A DNA stretch of 64,000 nucleotides from the human T2T-CHM13v2.0 reference genome, Homo sapiens. Location: NCBI RefSeq assembly GCF_009914755.1, contig NC_060939.1; one strand, 5' to 3'. A model generated the notes under the pieces. The model was not told the origin of the DNA, did not search any database, and worked only from the letters and a program-made list of their open reading frames with translations. The translations under genes were made by a program, and so were the position numbers. Shown here piece by piece: positions 58,001 to 64,000 of this stretch (the stretch's first letter is position 1; every line of letters starts with the position of its first letter).

Positions 58001-58984
58001 TTGAGTCCATTCTATATGATTCCATTCCATTCAAGTCCATTACATTTGGTTCAATTCCATTCCATTCCATTCCCTTCCATTCCATTCCATTTGATATCAA
58101 TCCATACGATTCCATTCCATTCGAGCACATTCCATTCGAGTCCATTCCATTCGATGCCATTCCATTTGATTCTATTCCATTAGACTCCATTCAATTCCAT
58201 TAATCTCCATTCCATTCCATTCTACTCCAACTGATTCCATTCCATTCTATTCCTTTCCATTCCATTCCATTCCATTCCATTCTCTTCCATTCCATTCGTG
58301 TCCATTCCACTCCAGTCCATTCCATTCGTGTCCATTCCATTCCAGTCCATTCCATTTGTGTCCACTGCATTCCATTCCACTCCATTCCGTATTAATCCAT
58401 TACACTCCATTCCATTCTATTACTTTCATTTCCATTCAGTTCCATTCCATTTGATTCCATTCCACTCGGTTTCACTCCATTTGAGTCCATTCCATTCCAT
58501 TCCATTCCATTCCATTCCATTCCATTCCATTCTGTTCCATTCCATTCCATTCCATTCCATTGGGTACCATTCCATATTGTTCCATTCGATTCCATTCGAA
58601 TCCATTCCATTCCAGTCCATTCCATTCGATTCCATTCCATTCCATTCGATTCCACTTGATTCCACTCCATTCCCTTCCACTGCATTCCATTCGATTCCAT
58701 TCCATTGCATTGCATTCCATTCCATTGGATTGCATTCCATTCGATTCCATTCCATTCGAATCAATTACATAGCAATCCATTACATTCGAGTCTGTTCTAT
58801 TCCGTTCCATTCGATTTCGTTCCAATCCATTCGATTCCATTCCATTCGATTCCATTCCATACTATTGCATTCCATTCGATTAAATTATACTCGAATAAAT
58901 TCCATTCAAGACCATTTCTGTTGAGTCCATTCTACTTGAGTCCATTCCCTTTGATTCCATAACATTTGAGTCCATTCAATTCCA
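52015..58984 (+). repeat. Satellite units 16-17 (3485 bp each; recent tandem duplicate pair)
   Basis: Markers at 52036, 55521 and 59006; the two copies share several private SNVs. Confidence 0.9.
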
Positions 58985-61900
58985 TTCCTTTCGTTTCCAT
59001 TCCATTTGATGCCATTCCATTCAATTCTGTTCTACTCGACTCCAATACATTCAATTCCATTCCATCCGATTCCATTACATTCTTTTCATTTCTTATCCAT
59101 TTCAAGCCATTCCATTCCATTCCATTCCATTCCACTCGTTTCCTTTCCATTCGAGTCCATTCCACTCCAGTCCATTCCATTCGAATCCATTTCACTCCAG
59201 TCCATTCCATTCGAATCCATTTCACTCCAGTCCATTAAATTCGAGTACATTCCATTCCATTCTATTCAATGCCATTCCATTCGATTCTATTCCATTCGAC
59301 ACCATTCCTTTCCATTCCGTTCCATCCGATTCCATTCCATTGTATTCCATTCAATTCCATTCCATTGCATTCCATTCGTTTCCATTCCATTCGAATTCAT
59401 TCCACTCAAGTCCATTCCATTCGAGTCCATTCCATTCGATATCATTCCATACTATTGAATTCCATTCGATTCCATTGTTTTCGAATAAATTCCAACCGAG
59501 ACCATTCCTTTCGTGTCCATTCTATTTGACTGCATTCCATTTGAGTCCATTAAATTTCTGCACATTCCATTCCTTTCCATTCCATTCCATTCCATTCCTT
59601 TCGGTGCCATTCCATTCCACTCTAATCCATTCAAGTCCATTCCATTTGAGTCCATTCCATTGATTCGATGCCATTACATTCAATTCTATTCCATTCGACT
59701 CCATTGCATTCCATTCCCTTCCAAACGATTCCATTCCATTCTATTACTTTCTATTCCAATCCATTCCATTCCGTTCCATTCGTTTCCATTCCATTCGAGT
59801 CCACTCCATTCCAGTCCATTCCATTCGATTCCATTCCATTCCAGTCCATTCCATTCAAGTCCATTCCACTGCATTCCATTCCATTCGATATCTTTCGATA
59901 ACACCCCATTCCATTCTGCTCCTTAATATTCAATTCAATTCCATTCCATTTGATTCCATTCCATTTGATTACATTCCATTCGACTCCATTCCATTCGACT
60001 CTATTCCATTCGAGTCCATTCCGTTCCATTCCATTGCATTCCGTTCCAATCCCTATTCCATTCCATTTTGTTACTGTCCATTCCATTTGAGTCCATTCCA
60101 TGACAAACCATTCCATTCGATTCCATTCCAATAGATTCCATTGCACTCGAATCCAGTGCGTTCCATTCCATTGCTTTCCATTCTATTACATTCCATTGCA
60201 TTACGTTCCATTCCATTTGATTGCATTCCATTCAATTCCATTAATTTCGAATCAATTACATTGCAATCCATTGCATTCGAGTTCTATTCCAGTCCATTGC
60301 ATTCCGGCGCATGCCGTTCCATTCCATTCCATTCGCTTCCGTTCCATTCGAATCGATTGCATTGCAATGCTTTACATTCGAGTCCGTTTTATTCCAGTCC
60401 AATCCATTCCGGTCCATTCCGTTCGATTCCATTCCATTCGATGCCACTCCATACTATTGTATTTCATTCGATTCCATTCTATTCAAATAAATTCCATTCG
60501 AGACCATTCCTTTCGAGTCCATTCTATTTGAGTCCATTCCATTCGAGTCCATTATATTTGGGTCCATTCCATTCAATTCCATTGCAATCCATTCCATTCG
60601 ATGTCACTCCATTCATTTCTATTCCATTAGAGTCCATGTCATTCGAGTCCATTCCATTCTATTCTATTCCACTCCATTTACTTCCATTCCACTCCATTCC
60701 ATTCATTGCCGTTCCATTCAATTCTATTATATTCCACTCCATTTACTTCCATTCCATTCCATTCCATTCCATTCTATCCATTTCCGTTCCATTCTATTCC
60801 TTTAAAGTCCATTCCATTCCATTCCATTCGTTTCCATTCCATTCGAGTAAAGTCCACTCCAGTCCTTTCCATTCGAGTCCATTCCTCTCCAGTCCATTCC
60901 GTTCAATCCATTCCATTCCAGTCCATTCCATTCGAGTCCGTTCCATTCCAGTCCATTCCATTCGAGTCAATTCCATTCCATTCGATATTTTTCCATAACG
61001 ATCCATTCCATTCTATTCCTTTCGATTCCATTCAATTCCATTCTTTCTATTTCATTCCATTCGATTCCCTTCCATTGGACTCCTTTCCATTCGAGTGCAT
61101 TCCATTCCGTTCCATTTCTTTCTGTTCTGTATGATTCCTACCGTTCGATTTCATTTTGTTCCAGTCTATTCCTTTCAAGTGCATTCCATTCCATTTCACT
61201 CCATTCGATTCCATTCCACTCGATTCCACTCCGTTCCATTTCACTGCATTCCATTCTATTCAATTCTATTGCATTCCATTCCATTCCATTTGATTACATT
61301 CCATGCGATTCCATTCGAATTCGAATCAATTACATTGAAATCCATTACTATTGAGTCCGTTTTATTCCAGTCCACTCCATTCTGCTCCATTCCATTTGAT
61401 TCCATTCCATTCTATTCCATTCCGTACAGTTGCATTCCATTGGATTCCATTCTATATCTATAAATGCAACTTGAGACCATTGCTTTTGAGTCCATTCTAT
61501 ATGATTCCATTCCATTCAAGTCCATTTCATTTGGTTCAATTCCATTCCATTCCATTCCCTTCCATTCCATTCCATTTGATATCAATCCATACGATTCCAT
61601 TCCATTCGAGCACATTCCATTCGAGTCCATTCCATTCGATGCCATTCCATTTGATTCTATTCCATTAGACTCCATTCAATTCCATTAATCTCCATTCCAT
61701 TCCATTCTACTCCAACTGATTCCATTCCATTCTATTCCTTTCCATTCCATTCCATTCCATTCCATTCTCTTCCATTCCATTCGTGTCCATTCCCCTCCAG
61801 TCCATTCCATTCGTGTCCATTCCATTCCACTCCATTCCATTTGTGTCCACTGCATTCCATTCCACTCCATTCCGTATTAATCCATTACACTCCATTCCAT

Positions 61901-62474
61901 TCTATTACTTTCATTTCCATTCAGTTCCATTCCATTTGATTCCATTCCACTCGGTTTCACTCCAGTTGAGTCCATTCCATTCCATTCCATTCCATTCCAT
62001 TCCATTCCATTCCATTCCATTCTGTTCCATTCCATTCCATTCCATTCCATTGGGTACCATTCCATATTGTTCCATTCGATTCCATTCGAATCCATTCCAT
62101 TCCAGTCCATTCCATTCGATTCCATTCCATTCCATTCGATTCCACTTGATTCCACTCCATTCCCTTCCACTGCATTCCATTCGATTCCATTCCATTGCAT
62201 TGCATTCCATTCCATTGGATTGCATTCCATTCGATTCCATTCCATTCGAATCAATTACATAGCAATCCATTACATTCGAGTCTGTTCTATTCCATTCCAT
62301 TCGATTTCGTTCCAATCCATTCGATTCCATTCCATTCGATTCCATTCCATACTATTGCATTCCATTCGATTAAATTATACTCGAATAAATTCCATTCAAG
62401 ACCATTTCTGTTGAGTCCATTCTACTTGAGTCCATTCCCTTTGATTCCATAACATTTGAGTCCATTCAATTCCA
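58985..62474 (+). repeat. Satellite unit 18 (3490 bp)
   Basis: Marker 59006 to 62496; +15 in the variable tract. Confidence 0.9.
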
Positions 62475-64000
62475 TTCCTTTCGTTTCCATTCCATTTGAT
62501 GCCATTCCATTCAATTCTGTTCTACTCGACTCCAATACATTCAATTCCATTCCATCCGATTCCATTACATTCTTTTCATTTCTTATCCATTTCAAGCCAT
62601 TCCATTCCATTCCATTCCATTCCACTCGTTTGCTTTCCATTCGAGTCCATTCCACTCCAGTCCATTCCATTCGAATCCATTTCACTCCAGTCCATTCCAT
62701 TCGAATCCATTTCACTCCAGTCCATTAAATTCGAGTACATTCCATTCCATTCTATTCAATGCCATTCCATTCGATTCTATTCCATTCGACACCATTCCTT
62801 TCCATTCCGTTCCATCCGATTCCATTCCATTGTATTCCATTCAATTCCATTCCATTGCATTCCATTCGTTTCCATTCCATTCGAATTCATTCCACTCAAG
62901 TCCATTCCATTCGAGTCCATTCCATTCGATATCATTCCATACTATTGAATTCCATTCTATTCCATTGTTTTCGAATAAATTCCAACCGAGACCATTCCTT
63001 TCGTGTCCATTCTATTTGACTGCATTCCATTTGAGTCCATTAAATTTCTGCACATTCCATTCCTTTCCATTCCATTCCATTCCATTCCTTTCGGTGCCAT
63101 TCCATTCCACTCTAATCCATTCAAGTCCATTCCATTTGAGTCCATTCCATTGATTCGATGCCATTACATTCAATTCTATTCCATTCGACTCCATTGCATT
63201 CCATTCCCTTCCAAACGATTCCATTCCATTCTATTACTTTCTATTCCAATCCATTCCATTCCGTTCCATTCGTTTCCATTCCATTCGAGTCCACTCCATT
63301 CCAGTCCATTCCATTCGATTCCATTCCATTCCAGTCCATTCCATTCAAGTCCATTCCACTGCATTCCATTCCATTCGATATCCTTCGATAACACCCCATT
63401 CCATTCTGCTCCTTAATATTCAATTCAATTCCATTCCATTTGATTCCATTCCATTTGATTACATTCCATTCGACTCCATTCCATTCGACTCTATTCCATT
63501 CGAGTCCATTCCGTTCCATTCCATTGCATTCCGTTCCAATCCCTATTCCATTCCATTTTGTTACTGTCCATTCCATTTGAGTCCATTCCATGACAAACCA
63601 TTCCATTCGATTCCATTCCAATAGATTCCATTGCACTCGAATCCAGTGCGTTCCATTCCATTGCTTTCCATTCTATTACATTCCATTGCATTACATTCCA
63701 TTCCATTTGATTGCATTCCATTCAATTCCATTAATTTCGAATCAATTACATTGCAATCCATTGCATTCGAGTTCTATTCCAGTCCATTGCATTCCGGCGC
63801 ATGCCGTTCCATTCCATTCCATTCGCTTCCGTTCCATTCGAATCGATTGCATTGCAATGCTTTACATTCGAGTCCGTTTTATTCCAGTCCAATCCATTCC
63901 GGTCCATTCCGTTCGATTCCATTCCATTCGATGCCACTCCATACTATTGTATTTCATTCGATTCCATTCTATTCAAATAAATTCCATTCGAGACCATTCC
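62475..64000 (+). repeat. Satellite unit 19 (partial, truncated by the window edge)
   Basis: Colinear with the first ~1.5 kb of the unit. Confidence 0.9.

Larger units (their letters stand above)
1..64000 (+). repeat. Satellite III (HSat3-type) (CATTC/GAATG)n array organised as ~3.475 kb tandem units; HSat3A/DYZ1-like
   Basis: TTCCA pentamers dominate throughout, with recurrent TTCGA, GTCCA and TTTGA variants and long pure CATTC runs, which is typical of HSat3 rather than CATTCGATTC/GATGAT-rich HSat2. Landmarks such as CCGGCGCATGCCG, GGGTACC and ATGACAAACC recur every ~3.48 kb. The subfamily assignment is recalled resemblance, not an alignment. Confidence 0.96.

Noticed and set aside
22-63937. 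Hundreds of 60-332 aa ORFs on both strands (IPFHS- and MEWNG-repeat peptides)
   Set aside because: (CATTC)n has no stop codons in any frame, so long ORFs are expected. The peptides are pure repeat translations, overlap in all frames and are freely frameshifted by 5-bp indels between units.
1-64000. CRISPR array or prokaryotic repeat system
   Set aside because: There are no unique spacers or cas-like genes; the sequence between landmarks is itself repeated nearly identically in every unit.
1-64000. Embedded transposon (Alu/L1), inversion or unique-sequence island
   Set aside because: Every unit length is accounted for by small indels, and the C-rich strand stays on + throughout.
1-64000. HSat2 assignment
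   Set aside because: It lacks the HSat2-typical ATGATG-containing 23/26-bp units and has long pure CATTC runs, which fits HSat3.

Overview
The whole 64 kb window is one uninterrupted array of classical satellite III-type DNA (HSat3: diverged (CATTC)n, C-rich strand on +, no inversion or insertion seen). It is primate pericentromeric/heterochromatic sequence, most likely human or great ape, and resembles the HSat3A/DYZ1-like group; the exact chromosome or subfamily cannot be fixed from the sequence alone. The pentamers form a ~3.475 kb tandem unit present as 18 complete copies (3375-3500 bp) plus one partial copy. Each unit is built from four older, diverged ~0.6-1.0 kb sub-modules and contains 15/30-bp internal duplications. 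All listed ORFs are reading-frame artefacts of the pentamer (IPFHS / MEWNG). I find no genes, RNA genes, transposons or CRISPR arrays and no evidence for a novel coding system. The notable signals are architectural: nested periodicities, length changes almost always in multiples of 5 bp (including a compensating -1/-4 indel pair), a hypervariable (TTCCA)n tract, alternating unit haplotypes suggesting an incipient ~6.9 kb dimer, gene-conversion-like mosaics and a single CpG-dense motif per unit.
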